A DNA stretch of 64,000 nt from NCBI GenBank assembly GCA_050084985.1, contig JBITNC010000001.1, positions 68,014,001 to 68,078,000 on the forward strand, read 5' to 3'. This document shows, one piece after another, positions 14,026 through 28,249 of the stretch. The notes beneath the pieces were generated by a model. It saw nothing but the letters and a program-made list of their open reading frames with translations, was not told where the DNA came from and ran no database searches. Every line of letters starts with the position of its first letter. The stretch's first letter is position 1. The stretch is from Nageia nagi. Taxonomy: Eukaryota > Plantae > Pinophyta. The translations under genes were made by a program, and so were the position numbers.

Positions 14026-17000
14026 AAAATTGAAATAATAAGCATGTGTTTTCAATAAACTAAGTAAATAATACATGTTACATTTAACACTAAAGACATG
14101 CTTGATTTGATTCATAAGTGTAAATTTTTTACAATTCAAATAATAACCCATGTACCCAAATACATTTCTCATCTCAAGAATCTAAATGTAGAGTGACATT
14201 ATTGAAGTTATTTTTTTATCTAAAATTAGGCCTTCACTTGGATGCCACACAAGAGGAGCCCAAGTACTACCAATCCTCAACTAGTTACCCTTGGGTAGCA
14301 ATATACTCTCACAAGGAGAAGTACTAATATTTTTCAAGGTTGCAATATTATTAGATGATCAAATTATTAATCTTGATTAGGTTTCAAGTTTTTCTCTTAA
14401 GTTTTTAGGATAATCTTTGAATGGATGTGCGGACATGTGGTATCACTACACACATACCTGTCCACCTAATAGAGTTATGTCCAAATCAACAAAGGGACTT
14501 AGGGGTAATTAAGAAGTATGAACTTTTACCACTTGGATTGTTGGACTTAAAGGCTCCAGTTTGCTTGTCCTCACTCTATGCTCCCAAACAAGTCATGTTA
14601 CAGAATGTACATGCGGATGTGTTCATTTTAGGGGGTTTCTTCATATCAATGTTTGCATAAGCAAATAAATCAAAGTACAAAACATGAAATAAAAGAGCAT
14701 AAGTAAAATATCATCCATTCATAATTTGAAGCCTAAGTGTCCAATGGTTTTTTTACTAACCCCTACATCAAAGTCCATATTTTGCTCAAATTCAATTTGC
14801 AAAAAAAATGAAAAATACTTAAGATAAGCATGTATTAATTCCAAAAAATTGCATAAGTTATCTTTGCATGAAGGATAAATATTCAACATGTATCTTTTAA
14901 CTTAAGGAATTAAGTCCTAAACATGCACATTAACATAAAATTAAGTATAAGAGCATTATACTTAAATTTAAGTATACTAAGCATGCATCTTTTAAAAAGT
15001 TAAGTACTAAGCATGTACCATTAACTTAAAAAATTAAGTTCTAAGTATTAACTTAAAAATTTTAAGTCCTTGAGCATACATTAAAATTTTTAGCTTTAAG
15101 CATATAAAAAAATGCATCATTCACATAGTTTTTTTTTTAAAAATTAAGTAAAACAATTCATAAAATTTCAAGAGATAAATATGCATTCTAAGCATAAAGG
15201 ATAAGAAACTCATAATTATTCCCCCCCCCCCTTTTTTTTACTTAAAAAAAAATTCTTTAATAAATGCTTAGTTGCATAATTTATCATAAAAAATTACCAC
15301 TATTGCTTTTAAAAAAAATTTCCAAGGCAAAAATTACCAGAAAAAAATTGCCCCTATTTTTTTTTTAAATGTAAAAAATTACTTTTGTTATATGTGGCTA
15401 TATATATATATTTATAAGAAATTCTCTTTTAACTATAGAGAATTAATGTCTAAAAAGTTACCTCATGCTTAAAAATTTCTTTATTCAAGGAAAAATATCA
15501 TGAGAGAAAGCATTTAAATTGTGCACTACATAATAAATGTCTCCATTTACAAGTAAAATTACTCGTCATTAACTATGAGATTTTAATGAAAAGTACATGG
15601 ATTTGGAAGGCATTTACCCAAAAAAATAATTAACTTAGCTATTTTTTTAACAAAAATTGCCTAAAACACTCTAAGTCAGAGGTTGTCAAGCAAGGAAAAA
15701 AAAGGACTTCCAAATTTAATGTCAATACCAAAAAAGAAAAAAAGGAAATCTCTTTAATATCAACATCATGGGCTCAAAGAAGGTCACACAAGAAAAGGAA
15801 GGAGGAGACCAAAGAGATGGCCACATGTCACAAAAAGGTTGGGCAAGTGTGGGAAAGTCGACTCAGGCTCCTAGGGCTTCAAGGCGAGGTGTTGCTTAGT
15901 GGCTAGTGCATAGCTACGATGGGTGTTGGAGGGTAGGCAAGGAGGCATATAGGAGAGCAAGCAGCGAGGGGTCCCTCATCCTAGACCTACGAGGGCAAGC
16001 TAGAAATGGAGGATGAGGGCCAGTTAATATGAGATGTGTGCATTGATACCTCTCCCATCATCTCCAAAGCATGCATAAAAAAAGAAGGAAGAAGTAGAGG
16101 AGAAGACCCAGCCTAGCCCTTAAGAACAGGTTGCACTCATAGCATAACCAGGCCCAGAAGAGGGTGACATTATTTGATGAGGGCACGAAAGATGTTGATG
16201 AGAGTAGGGTGGAAATCACCAGCCAGAGAAAGGGCTTCTCCATCTACCTGCTACTTCGCCATGTTAGGTGTAAGTTTAAAAAATTTGTAAAATTAAAAAT
16301 GACTACAAGAAGTGCAAAGCTTGGTTAGGAGGGTTTGAGAATAGGTTGCATAGCTAGGGAGGAGAGCCTGAGAGCCATGCGAGGGGAAACATTGCGAGCT
16401 CATGAAAGTCTGGTGAAGCATCACCTAGGGTGCTGGTAGGGTCCCTTTGAGTATTTATCAGGTAGCTGAGGATAAGAAAGTGGTAGGTCGGCTTCCCTTT
16501 TGCAAAAAAAAATTGCACAGAGGAGCCAGTGAAATTAAAGGAAGAGCACAGGTTTCAAATTGCACAAAGGAGAGATTGGAAGTCAAACAAGGTAGAGGTG
16601 GATGCCAATCGATGATGATGTGGAGCAATCCATCCATGCAAGCCCCCTTTGATTCCAAAAAAAATTCAAAGACAACCGCCTTTTTTTTTTTGGAACATTA
16701 CTACTTGTATATTGTAAAAACAACTTTAGAGAGAAATACATAATATGTATTGTAGAGAGAAACAACATTTTTTTTAATATTTTTATACAATTTTTGTGTA
16801 ATGAAAAGCATATTTAAACAAAAAAAATACATATATTTTTTTTGTAAAAAAAATGCAACCTTTATTTTAAGCAAGCTTAAAAGGATAAAAAAAAGCCTTA
16901 TAAAGTGAAAAGAAATTTTGTATACTATCCTCTTAAATAGAAAATATGTCAAAGTATTAAGCAATTAAAAAAAATTGCAACTAACATGAGAGGTTAGTAT

Positions 17001-17222
17001 ATATAAAAAAAATTGCATTATAATGCTATTGTAATCATATTTTGCTTAAAAAAAGGAACTAACACATAGCAAATAATATGTTAGTATCATAATAAATAAA
17101 AAAACAAGAAAGAAGATTTTATACCTTCTCTTGAGTTTTACCTCAACAATGAAGAGTAGTGAGAGGAATGAACATCACCAAGATATTGAATAAGAGCTTC
17201 CACACCAAGCTTTGATACCAAA

Positions 17223-17729
17223 TGTGAGAATTGAACTATAACAAGAACAATCCTAAACAACCAAGATCACATGAAAGCTCTCAAATTCACATCTAACAAA
17301 CTCACACATAACACAATCTCACAAAGTAACTCAAGATGTAAAGTGGTTCCTCCAACTAGAAGTACATCCACTAACTAGATCTTTACTTCAATCACAAATA
17401 CAACTCTCTTACAATTCTCCTAATCTCAACTCCTACACTTCTATCCTATAGCATAACTTTACTCCACAAATTGGTGTATGATCACAAAAAAGAAGCCTTC
17501 TATTTATAAGCTAAAATCCCTCTTTGGATCACCCTTTTATCCAATGTACAAAAGCATGACATGCAAATCCTTTTACCCAAGGGGCATGCTCATGACATGG
17601 AGTGTAGGATAAGTTACATTATCATATTCACTTAAATACCTAAGGTATCAAATGATACCCTTTAGTATTAGTGAACTTACAAAGAAGATTAACACAAACC
17701 TTTACAATAATGCATTATACATTCCAACA
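17223..17729 (-). repeat. 5' LTR of the Copia element
   Basis: Adjacent to the PBS; direct repeat of 8873-9362. Confidence 0.97.
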
Positions 17730-17734
17730 AATAT

Positions 17735-19610
17735 GATATGAATGAATGATATCGTTTACCATCCTTTAAACCCAATGGTTTGTAGGACCTATCAAAATTT
17801 GTCCAAAGATAAATATACATCATTTATGTATTTAAATGATTATTTCTAACAAAATTAAGATTAACAATACAATCGTTAAGCTTGTTTTGGTTATCTTAGT
17901 TTAAGAATTCATGAATCAGGTTGTAGTTACAAATATCATCATATGTTTGTTTAACATCTTTGTAAAATGGGCAGATAAGGAAAAAATGAGTCTCACCTTC
18001 TATGGCATTTAGGTTACAAAACTTACAAATTATGTTTATTCTATAGTGTTTTAGGTATCAACCATCTACCTATTTCACTATGCAATTCATGTGAATTAGT
18101 TCTTAATTTTATGAGCATAAGTTTCTTTTTAAGACTAATAATCTTTTAGAGATAAGATGAATGTTCAAGTTTTGGATTGATGATATTTTTGTAGTGGCTA
18201 ATTTTCATTTATTTTTGATATTATCATCACTCCAAAACGTTTTATTTACTTTATATACAATCTATAATTTTAATTTATTATTATCTTAAGGGGTTATATT
18301 GTTATATATGCCCCAAAAATCAAGCCACTTATTTAGATCTTTTAGCTAGCTTCTTTTCAGATGTTGATAGGTTAAAGTTTGTTAGACAATTATAAGGAGC
18401 CTATGATTATTTAACTTTATTGGTGTATAATTGTATTATATATATCACCTTAGAGCTTTGCTTTCAATAGGGAATACACTACCTTCCATGAGAAGGATAG
18501 AGTATGGTGTGTTATTTTTAATTTTGAAGTTATAAATAATGAATTGGTTTTGGATTTTCTCAATTTTATTCTATGTTTCTCTAAAAATATGTCTTCACCA
18601 AACTTCATAACCATAGAGGATTAGTGGAGTTATAAGGTGAGAGAAAATGTTTTGTTTTGTCATAGTTTTGCAATTCTATATTTTTATAATTATTTTCCAA
18701 ACTATAAAAGGTATTTCATCTAACAAGGATTCTTTTTTGAACACTTAGATTCCATTTTAGTTTGTGATTAATATCAATAACTAAGTATTTTGTAAGAGTG
18801 AATCACCTATAAAGTTTGATTAATAAAGAGTATTCTAGGGTGAAGCATCCTTTTAGGTTTAATAATAGTATTTTTGGTTTTATTTGTATCAACTATCAAA
18901 TTAGATATACTGTAGAATATCTCAAGGATGTTTTATCATTTTACAAGATCATCATAATGTTTAGCTAACAAGATAATGTTATTTATATAAAGTAGGGGAA
19001 TAATGATGAGGTTATGGAGGTTGATGCTTATGCATCCAACTTCTAAACATCTTTCTAGTTTATCTATGTAAATACCAAAGAATGTTGGGAATAAGAGGTA
19101 TCTTTGGCTAACTTGAATATTGCAATTAATTTCCTTAAACTACCCTTGATTAGTTTTGAGTTTGGCGATAACTTACTCATAAAGCCTATAAAATTTAAAT
19201 CTTAGTTCAAAGGATATTTCTAAATAGACCATACTTTAAAAACATTTATCCTTGAGAATAGTATCAAAAGCTTTTTTAAAATTCGTAAAGCAAATATATT
19301 TTTATTATTTCAACAATTTTCAACAATAATTCAAAAAGTGAGGATGTGATCGATTATTGAGTGTTTTCTTTTAAAATCGGTCTGACCTTTAGCTCTTAAT
19401 TTGTTATCATCCAACTAATTATTAATTTCATTTTCTAGATGCATTGTTCATGTCTTCGAATTTGTAGGTAGTTATTCTTGAACTTATACTCCATTATTTA
19501 AGGAATTCTTCTTTAAGAAAGATGTTGATCAAAATGTTTTCAATGTCGCTTTGGATAACTTTTTAATTACATCCTTAATGTCCTCTATAGAAAAAACAAT
19601 GTTTAGGGTA
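17735..19610 (-). mobile_element. 5'-truncated RTEX-like LINE, family A, copy 1 (ORF2 C-terminal half and microsatellite-like tail)
   Basis: Minus strand gives KLRTNSHELHSEIGRW and ICKFCNLNAIEGETHFFLICPFY (C-terminal CCHC). ATATG/ATGA-type tail at ~17735. Colinear with 28250-30190. Confidence 0.8.
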
Positions 19611-21299
19611 AGTGGGAATGTTATGCCATGTAAAGTGTCCTCCATCATTAAAGCGGAAATATAAAGCTTTTGAGGTAACAATTCCAACTATTTATATCAA
19701 TTTGAGGTCTAACTATCATTTTTCTAGGCATTTGTTTTCCAAAACTATTTTGGATTATGTTTGCATAGATTTGAAAGTTTATCTTGCTGCTAATTTAAAA
19801 ATACTCATTTGATATATTTAGTTAAGTTTTTATATACTTTCAGTTTTTGGCATTTATTCGTACTATTTTGAGCAATCTTAATATTTTGTCTAATAACTTT
19901 ACATTTCATTAGCATACAATCTATTTTTTTTCCGATTGTTATAAATTATAAACATTTGGCAAGAGTTTTTGTTGATGCCTATTCTAACAAAATGTAACCA
20001 CAAAAATATTTGAACTTAATAATTTGTTTTTGATAAAGAATATAAAAAATATACTTTTGTTCTTGGTTGTAATCATTTATTGTTGGAAGATAGAAATGGC
20101 AAACTCACGTATTCCATTATGCTGGAGTATCTACAACATTTTCCCATCCACATATAATGAGCTAAGATTATGTTTGTATATTACAAAAGCACGCTTATTG
20201 AAATTATAACTCTATCAATTTGTATATAAATATTTTGGACTGTATATGTATTTTAATTTTAATTTGAAAAAATAATAAATTATTTAAAACTTAATCAAAA
20301 CTTAAATTTTTTATAATAAAACCTTGAAAGCTTGATATTTACAAATATATTATTTTAGTAATAATGCTTATAGTATAAAACAATTACTTAATATTTTAGT
20401 TCATTCAATATATTTCTTCAAATGGAACGAGGTCAAATAAGAAGTTTAGGAGTTGGAAGTATTTAACTTTTAATGATAAAAGATACCCTCAGCTAATAGT
20501 ACAATAAAAATATATAATTATCTATAAAATAAGAGAAAAATAAAAATATTATAAAAGAGCAATATCATAAACCTTAAAAAAAAAATTTAGATTCAATCAC
20601 ATTTATTTATATATCTATATTTTATTTTTTATACATTAGTAAAAACCCTATGTTTAACCATATTGAACACTATTAATATTAAATTTTTGGAGCAAATGGT
20701 TTGCTTGAACAAATATTTTATCGATATAATGATAGATTTATACATATTTTTTTTGGTTATGAGTTGGTTCAATGTAACAAACACACTTCATTATGTAAAC
20801 CTTATACCTAAATTTAGTAGTTATTTTTTATCAAATTGAAGTTATTTCATCATTAATGGGACCTTTGTTGATCGATTAGGTCATTAGAGAGTTTTGACAT
20901 TCACTAAGCTTTGAATCCCAACAACACGTATTAATCACGCTTGGGTTTTGTGATGACATTATGATTTATGATAAAATGTTGTGATAATGTGACAGTTAGG
21001 AGCTTCTAAATGTAGTGATGATTTTGAAACATATTAATGAATGTAAATTGTGTGGGTTACATAGATGTTCATTTATTATCAAGTCCCCCATTTAACAATA
21101 AAAAATGATTTAGTATATCCTAAACAATAAACCTAAAAAGTGTAACATTATGATATAAAAGTTAAAATTATACGTTACAACTATTCTAACACCCCTCCCT
21201 TATTACATTATAATACAAACTAGGGAGATGAATAAAATAAAAATGGAACTTACAAGATAAAACATCATATACCATTCTCTACTACGAAGGTGAAGGTGA

Positions 21300-22260
21300 A
21301 TAGATCTTTAATCAGCTAGAAGCCCCTTCCCCCCCTTCCCAAAGGTTGGTTAAAAATTAAATTTTGATGCAACATCCAAATAGAACCTGAGGAAGTCAAG
21401 TGCAAGGGGAGATATTTGTTGGCCTGTGTTGAACATCTTGGAACCCAAACTATCCATTTTGCAAATGCTAGGCCACTCTTCAAAGGAGTCACCTTGTTGA
21501 AGAATTAAGGATACAAGAAGGCTATAATTGAAGGAGATTCCCTTGTAAATACTCTCATATGAGCCCAAGAACCTAGTTGGAACCAAAAGATATTTTTTAA
21601 GGAAGTTAAACTCTACCTCTTAGATTTGAAAAAATTCCCATGTCTGGATGTGAATTTAGCAACATATCTAGTGTGTTCATGGAAAGACAAGGTTGTAACT
21701 TGGGGGGTGAAGTTCTACATGGTGGAGTTATTTGAAGAAGTGTCTAGTCTCAAAACCAAAAGAATTAATATTAATAAGGAGAAGCATTCCCTAAAAAAGT
21801 ATGAATCCAACAACTTGTGGGTGAGGTTTTCAAATGGGTATCAATGAGACTCTTGTCTTTGTCTACATCTTTAGTAGTAACAAAATAATTAATTCAAAAA
21901 TAAAAGAAAATTAACCTACTATAAAAATAACATTAATCCAAAACTTAAACAACCATCCTATCTGTCGGGAAGGAAATCTTTCCTCTAACAAAGATTGTTG
22001 AAGGGACAATAAATGGAAAAGCATCCCAGCATTCGAGTAAGATCAACATTACCTGTCTTCTCTTGTAAGGACTGAAACCCCAAGGTTTGTTCGAATTACT
22101 GTGTTAAAGGTAGCTCAATTTTATAACTCTTTTATTAGGAACCGGTTCAGTGGATTAAGAGAGGTAATGGATGTTAACTCATGTTTTTTATAGGGTATTG
22201 AGGTGTTTTTATGCAATCATTAAAAGTTCCTATGTCTTTTTTTAAAGAAAGAAAGAAAAT
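21300..22260 (+). mobile_element. 3' fragment of an L1-clade LINE with RNase H
   Basis: PPPKGWLK.NFDATSK and IEGDSLVN (~21530) are typical of plant L1 RNase H; A-rich end near 22245. Confidence 0.65.
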
Positions 22261-22297
22261 GAAAAGTAAACAAATAAAAGAGAATGTTTCAATACAA

Positions 22298-24669
22298 TGT
22301 TGGTTTGGTTTCAAAGTAACTATCACAATAAAGCATTACCTAAACTAGTTTATTTTCGAATCAATTAAGAAGGTTTCATTCAATCAATCTAGTTTGAAGT
22401 AAATGATGCAAGTCCAAGTTATCTTCAAAGCTAGAGAAAAGATCAAGAATGATTGCCAGTACTCCTTTTACAGGACCAATTGGCAGTCAAAAGAACTTAA
22501 TGTAGAACACAAGTTCACTTTTTTTTGAATGAAAACTTCTAAGTAGATGGCATAGAAAGAAAGTAGATTCATAATTCATTTATTTATCATGCAAGCAATG
22601 GATAAGTAACAATCTTAAAGTAATTCAAGTGCTTTAGAGGAATTTCAACAATTTTTTCCTAAAACTCATAAGTTTTCAAAGAAAGGCATGAAAGCATTCA
22701 AATCATAGAAGAAAGCTACAACAAGATCCAATCCACAACTCCATAAATGATAAATTTGCTTTGGTCTTTGAGTCAATATTTTGCATTAAATTTGTAAAAG
22801 AGTAAAAGTTTTCAAGTTTGCTCCTCTTACAAAAAAAATTGCTTTTTCACAAAATTTCATTCTACCAAAATAAGACCCCCTTGGGTCTATTTATAGAATT
22901 TCTAGGGCTTCCTTGTGTTTCCCTAATTCTAATTTAAATAATATTAAAAAATTTACATTTTGCTAAGTCAGCTAACAAGACCAACTTCAAGAGCTAAATC
23001 AACTATTATGACTAACTTCAAGAGCTAAGTCAGATAACATAGACTGACTTCAAAATTGGATCTTGACTAAATCTAGGTTGGTTGACCCACGGATTGCACA
23101 AGCGATGCATCTTCTCTAGTTAACTTTAAGTATGCTCCATCAATCTTTGGGCCTTCTTCCCTTGCACAACCAATTGTAGTTCTCAGTCAGCCCTTGTGGC
23201 ATGCTAATTGACTTGACTTGTGTTGACTAACTTGAGTTGTGCTAACTGATGTTGCCTATGTTGACTAATATTTTGTTCATTTGATGCAATAATTTCTTCA
23301 AGTGTACTCCATCGATCTCATGAGCCTTCTTCTTAGTCGGTTCCATTTTTTTTAACACAATCAACTGTAATTTTGCCTTGGTAAAAAAAATGTTTATGTT
23401 TATTTTAATCAATTTCGATCCACACTACCCTCAACACAATGGAAATGGGTGCTTAAATACAATCTTGAAATCATTTTCTAGAATGGTGCATTTTGCATGC
23501 TAAATAGGTTCATTTTGGCGAATGAACTCACTCTTGAAATGTGTTTTGCATGCTAGATAGGTTCATTTTGACCAATGAACTTCCAAGGTTAATATATCTT
23601 CAAATTTGTTGCTCCATGTCCTACATCTTGCATTTTAACCTTAGGCATATGTTTTCTAAGTTTGATGTCATCAAACCTCAAAATCTTGTGCCTAGCCTTG
23701 GAGGGTGTGATTTTGGTCAATTTTGCAAACTTCCAAGGTTAAATGCACTTCAATTTGGACCCTTCACCACCTTGCATGCTCAAAATTTTGATTTAGTAAA
23801 GTCTAATTTTGATCAATTATCCTCTAGGCAAATGATTCCAAGCTTTAATGACATCAAAGCTCTCAAATTGCTGCCTAAACTTTGGAGGAAGCAAACTTGG
23901 TCATTTTTCGAAACTTGCAAGGTTAAAGATGCTCAAAATTAGGTCCTTTACTAGCTCATATCTTCAAAATTCCATTCTAGTGAAATCCAAACTTGGTGAA
24001 TTTTCCCTTAGGCACATGTTTCCAAGCTTTGATGACATCAAAGCTCCAAAAATGCCCCCTTCTCATAGATTGTGCAATTTTGATATTTTTTGAGAAGTTC
24101 CAATTTAAATATGTTTGATTTCTCATGCTTCACAACTTGGCATCTTTGATTTTCACCTTTGCCAAAGTTGAAAATGATCCCATTCTCCCTTGGGCGTAAT
24201 TTTCCAAGCTTTGATGAAGACAAACCTCAAAAAACTCCTCCTTGATACAACTTTTGCATTTTTGATTGGTTTCCATAAATTCCAAGTTTAAAAATATTTG
24301 CCATGACCTCATCTATAAACCCATAAGATCATATCTTGCATTTGGTAAAGATCAAAATTGATCTCATTTTCCATGTACACATGTTCTTATATCTATCCTT
24401 GCCAAATCTTCAAAAATTATGCCCATTGCTTAAGAATGTCACTTCTTGGAGTTAAGGATCCTGAAAGCTTCAAAATTGCTAGCCTAGTACCATGAACTAC
24501 CTTAGTGCCTCCTGTGGATGATCTCCCTATATTACTTCCTCATTTAGCCAATTTAAATATTCAAAACTATCTTGATCTAGTCATCCCTCAGCCAATCTAT
24601 TTCATTTCCTAAGCAAAAATAGGGTCCCTAAAATCTTGTATTTTGCGGTTTTGTTGTGCAAGAACAACA
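22298..24669 (-). mobile_element. Large Gypsy-type LTR (solo or fragment) containing degenerate ~190-bp tandem repeats at ~23580-24450
   Basis: TGTTG...CAACA ends; TATA-like CTATTTATAG at ~22890; recurring TTCCAAGCTTTGATGACATCAAAGCTC and AAACTTCCAAGGTTAA units. No matching TSD found. Confidence 0.55.
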
Positions 24670-24674
24670 CTGCC

Positions 24675-25049
24675 CACATAAGATCATCAATCTCAAAAAG
24701 AAACTAGTGATCACAAAATTATGAACTACATAGCAAAATTGGTAAACACACAATATATAGAACACTTTGATATAAAAGAATTTGTAAGCTTTGTTACCTA
24801 AATGCCATAAAAAATGAAACTTATTTTCTCCTTATTTCTCCACTTTACAAAGACATTAGACAAATTTATAAAGATATTTTTAATTATAACTTGATCCATG
24901 AATTCTTAGACCAAGATAATTAAAACAAGTTTAGTGACTCTATTATACATCTTAATTTGGTTAGAAATAATTATTTAATATAATTGATAAATATTTATTC
25001 AAAACAAGCTTGATGATTTTATTTCCCAACTTAATTCTATTAAATAATC

Positions 25050-25090
<41 letters not shown>

Positions 25091-25145
25091 ATATATAACT
25101 TTGATAGGTACTACAAACCAATGGCCTTAAAAGAATGTTTAAAGA
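24675..25145 (+). mobile_element. 3' fragment of RTEX-like LINE family A
   Basis: Reverse-complement match to ~17750-18150 and ~28270-28655. Confidence 0.75.
25053..25097. repeat. (TA)n microsatellite
   Basis: About 22 TA units with one interruption. Confidence 0.95.
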
Positions 25146-25199
25146 CTTATCTTAATTAGAGATTGAAGAACTCAATCTTTACAATCTCGCACTAGTAGA

Positions 25200-26650
25200 G
25201 GAAGATTAGATAGTAGAAACTTGTAGTAAATCCACGAGGAGAAAATCTATCCTAATGTAAATAATGTTCAAGGTAGGGCAACCAGGTCACCAAGGATAAT
25301 GGCTTACAAAGAATCAAATCAAAAGCAACTTCCACATTTAATACCAAGTTTTGATGCAATTGAGAAGTTGCTTCTCAAGAAGGGATGACTAATTAAGATA
25401 TATCTCCTTGAACCAAGCAATGAGACTATCATATTAGGTAGGGCAACTTCCGGGTGGCATAACTTTGCAATTGTAGCAGGTTTGACCTTATTCAAAATCT
25501 GTTGGAAAGCCTCTATCATGTAGTTTCATTTGAGTGGTGCATCAACATGTTGTTGACCAATTTTGAACCCCCAAGTGCACTCTAGAAGGCCTAAAAACTG
25601 CAAATTAAGTTTAATGTCCAAAAAATTACCTATTTTTAATATAACCAAACTCTACATGGCATTAAATAATGTAATACTAATTTAATATTTTCTTGTAACT
25701 CATCCACCACTTTTGATTTTTGTGACCTATTACTTTCCACATTCGAAATAGGATGACTTTTTGCTTCCTACTAGTTTTCTATATAAGTAGATGTATTCTT
25801 AATGCAAAAAAACCCAAATACAACAACACAATCTCACATCTCTTCTCAAAGATTGCAATTTTTGTATTATGCTTTGATTAATAAAATCAATTTGCTATTT
25901 CATGAGTAGTCATTATGTCTATACTTCTATTTCGAAATTCTGCTATTAATGGAAGACTCCTCTTCACTTCACCAATCCTCTAAACAATGTAGTATACTAA
26001 TCACCTAAGTTGATACTTCTATTATATTTTCTTTTACTTGCTATCAACTCATTGGTATTAATATCTCTTCTTTTTTCGAAAATACCTCCATATCTCTATT
26101 TCTCACATTTATCATTTGCACAATCCATTATAAAGCCTAATCTTATTCTTTTTTAGCAAGTCTAAATCCTAGGTTAGAGTTATGAGAGTATAGTATGGCT
26201 AAATCGCAAATCAAAATGCATTAGAGAAGAGAAATAAGGTGAAGTAGGAATGAGTAAGCGTTTTCATAGGCTTACTCTCAAATTAAAGAAATTTATTCAT
26301 GTTGAAAGAAGTTGAGAAATATCATAGATTCCTTTTGGAATGCATCTCATTAGCTTCATATGACACAAACATCTTGATGTGATCAACACGAAATGAGTGC
26401 CTATGCAACATGTCAAAGGTACAACTAGCTATCCAAACAAAAACATAAACATCATTCATAAGAATGTGCTAGTGTTCGTGAATATTGATGCTACCAATGC
26501 AAGCATGGATTTTGACCTTCAAATAATCTCCTATACACATGACCTTCAAAATTTATTGTTGAATTAAATACAAAGTCTTCAATCTATGGCAGCTTTTGAT
26601 CCTCATTTCACAATGACTTAGGTAAATAAAGGAGGTACATAAAGCTACTT
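25200..26650 (-). mobile_element. Possible heavily decayed plant mobile domain (PMD)/Mutator-associated coding remnant
   Basis: Weak PMD-like motifs only (SRRYILISHPF, LVTWLPY, NEMHSKRN) and an AG acceptor near 25598. Confidence 0.25.
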
Positions 26651-28249
26651 TAGTATCATATTAGTTTTTTGGAGCAATGGTTTACATTAACAAATATTTT
26701 ATTAACATGATGATAAGTTTATATAATATATTTTTAATGATTAAAACCAACTTTGTCATACAGCAAAAGGGTTTGGTTAACTAACTTCTAAATATTATTA
26801 AAACTAACCAAAGCTATTTAGATAGCTTAAACCCTAGGTTGTTCATCCTAATTTAGATGCATAAAAAGCATTGTGTTCTAATGTAATGGTATACCTTACA
26901 AATATTCTAGCAATTATTAAGCATATAGAAACGTCATTACAATGAAAATCAATGTATTCAAATAACCACCATAATTGGCTTATAATTCACCTCCATATGG
27001 ATAATCATGATTAACATTTAGTTTTATATCACAATACAATGCAAGCCATTAGACTTATTAGACGTAACTTGGAATGTTTGGTAAAAGTCCAAAAAATGGC
27101 AATGATGTTAGTAAAAATATGCCTGTGCTTAAAATCAGAAATTAACCGTATAAAACATCAAAAGAAACAAACTTCTTGTCTTACGAACATCAATGTTGTC
27201 ATAAAACACTCAATGCTGGCAATATCACTCTTCCATGATTAGCAAAATACTGTTGTACGATGACTGCAAGTCTTTTGGCGACCACCTACAAGTTTCTCTT
27301 TCACTGCAAAACAAGCGAAATGCCTGGGAACATGGCTTTTGTTAACAATTACATTGATTATTCTTAGATTAGATTTCCATCTTGGTGTTCATTATGATTC
27401 TCAGTTTACAAAAGATTATTTACTGTGAGATCACATCCTTTAACTGCTTGCTTATCCAAAGACCAATTTCCCTCGCTTGTTTGAGAAGCTGCATTGAAAT
27501 CTAAAACATTGAATGTAATATCCTAGGGTACTTGTTGAGAAGACGCAGTTTGGGGAATTATCCTGACATGCGCAAATATACGCTACCTCAAAAATTCAGA
27601 AGAGGTATTGTATGTCCACCTCATCATCACTTCTTGATGAATCAATCCAGATAGAAGGGTATCATAATCAGATCGTAGCCATGTAAAGTAAAAGGATTAA
27701 ACAACTTAATCCGATGATGAACTTTCTGAACGAATCTTATCACAATCCACAATGGACATTTATCACAATGCATGTCGCAAAGGCTCAAAATGTTGTCCAA
27801 GAGATTGAGGTCACCATAGTGGTTTTCCTTGGACACAGCCCTCACTTCCTAGGAAGTAACAAAAGATAGTATAGCATCAGCAAACTAAATTTTCAGCTCT
27901 TGACAATCTGATGTTCAATGATATTTACACAGCTGCCATCAATGCATTAAGATATTTTGTAGTGGCTTCTGCAGCCAGAAGACGAGAAACCATGGTTTTC
28001 GTTTTCCAATTGTAGATCTAGATTTTCATGCTGTGCAAGAGGCTGCAAGTTGAACAAGTGGAATGTCATTTAAACAATTAATCGTAAATGAACCCTTCAT
28101 ACATGTTGCTGTTAAAGTTGTACTTTGTAATATTTTCTGAGAATTCTACCCAACATACAGTGAACTTTTACCTGCAGAATGATTTTACAATGTCATATTC
28201 TGTTTTTCCTGTGTCAATGTGAGTTTTTTTCCAATACTTTTAGAAATAC

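Larger units (their letters stand above)
8873..17729 (-). mobile_element. Full-length, coding-decayed Ty1/Copia LTR retrotransposon, 8857 bp, TSD AATAT
   Basis: LTRs at 8873-9362 and 17223-17729, both TG...CA. TSD AATAT at 8868-8872 and 17730-17734. PBS (rc GCTTTGATACCA) at 17209-17220; PPT (rc CTCCCTTT) at 9363-9370. Domain order gag-PR-INT-RT-RH. Confidence 0.97.

Noticed and set aside
22298-24669. Clean solo LTR
   Set aside because: The flanks TACAA and CTGCC do not form a TSD, so it is reported only as an LTR-like fragment.
20683-26740. ~70-bp repeat TTTTTGGAGCAA.TGGTTT...AACAAATATTTTAT at ~20683 and ~26665
   Set aside because: Too short and AT-rich to assign; no TIR or TSD found.
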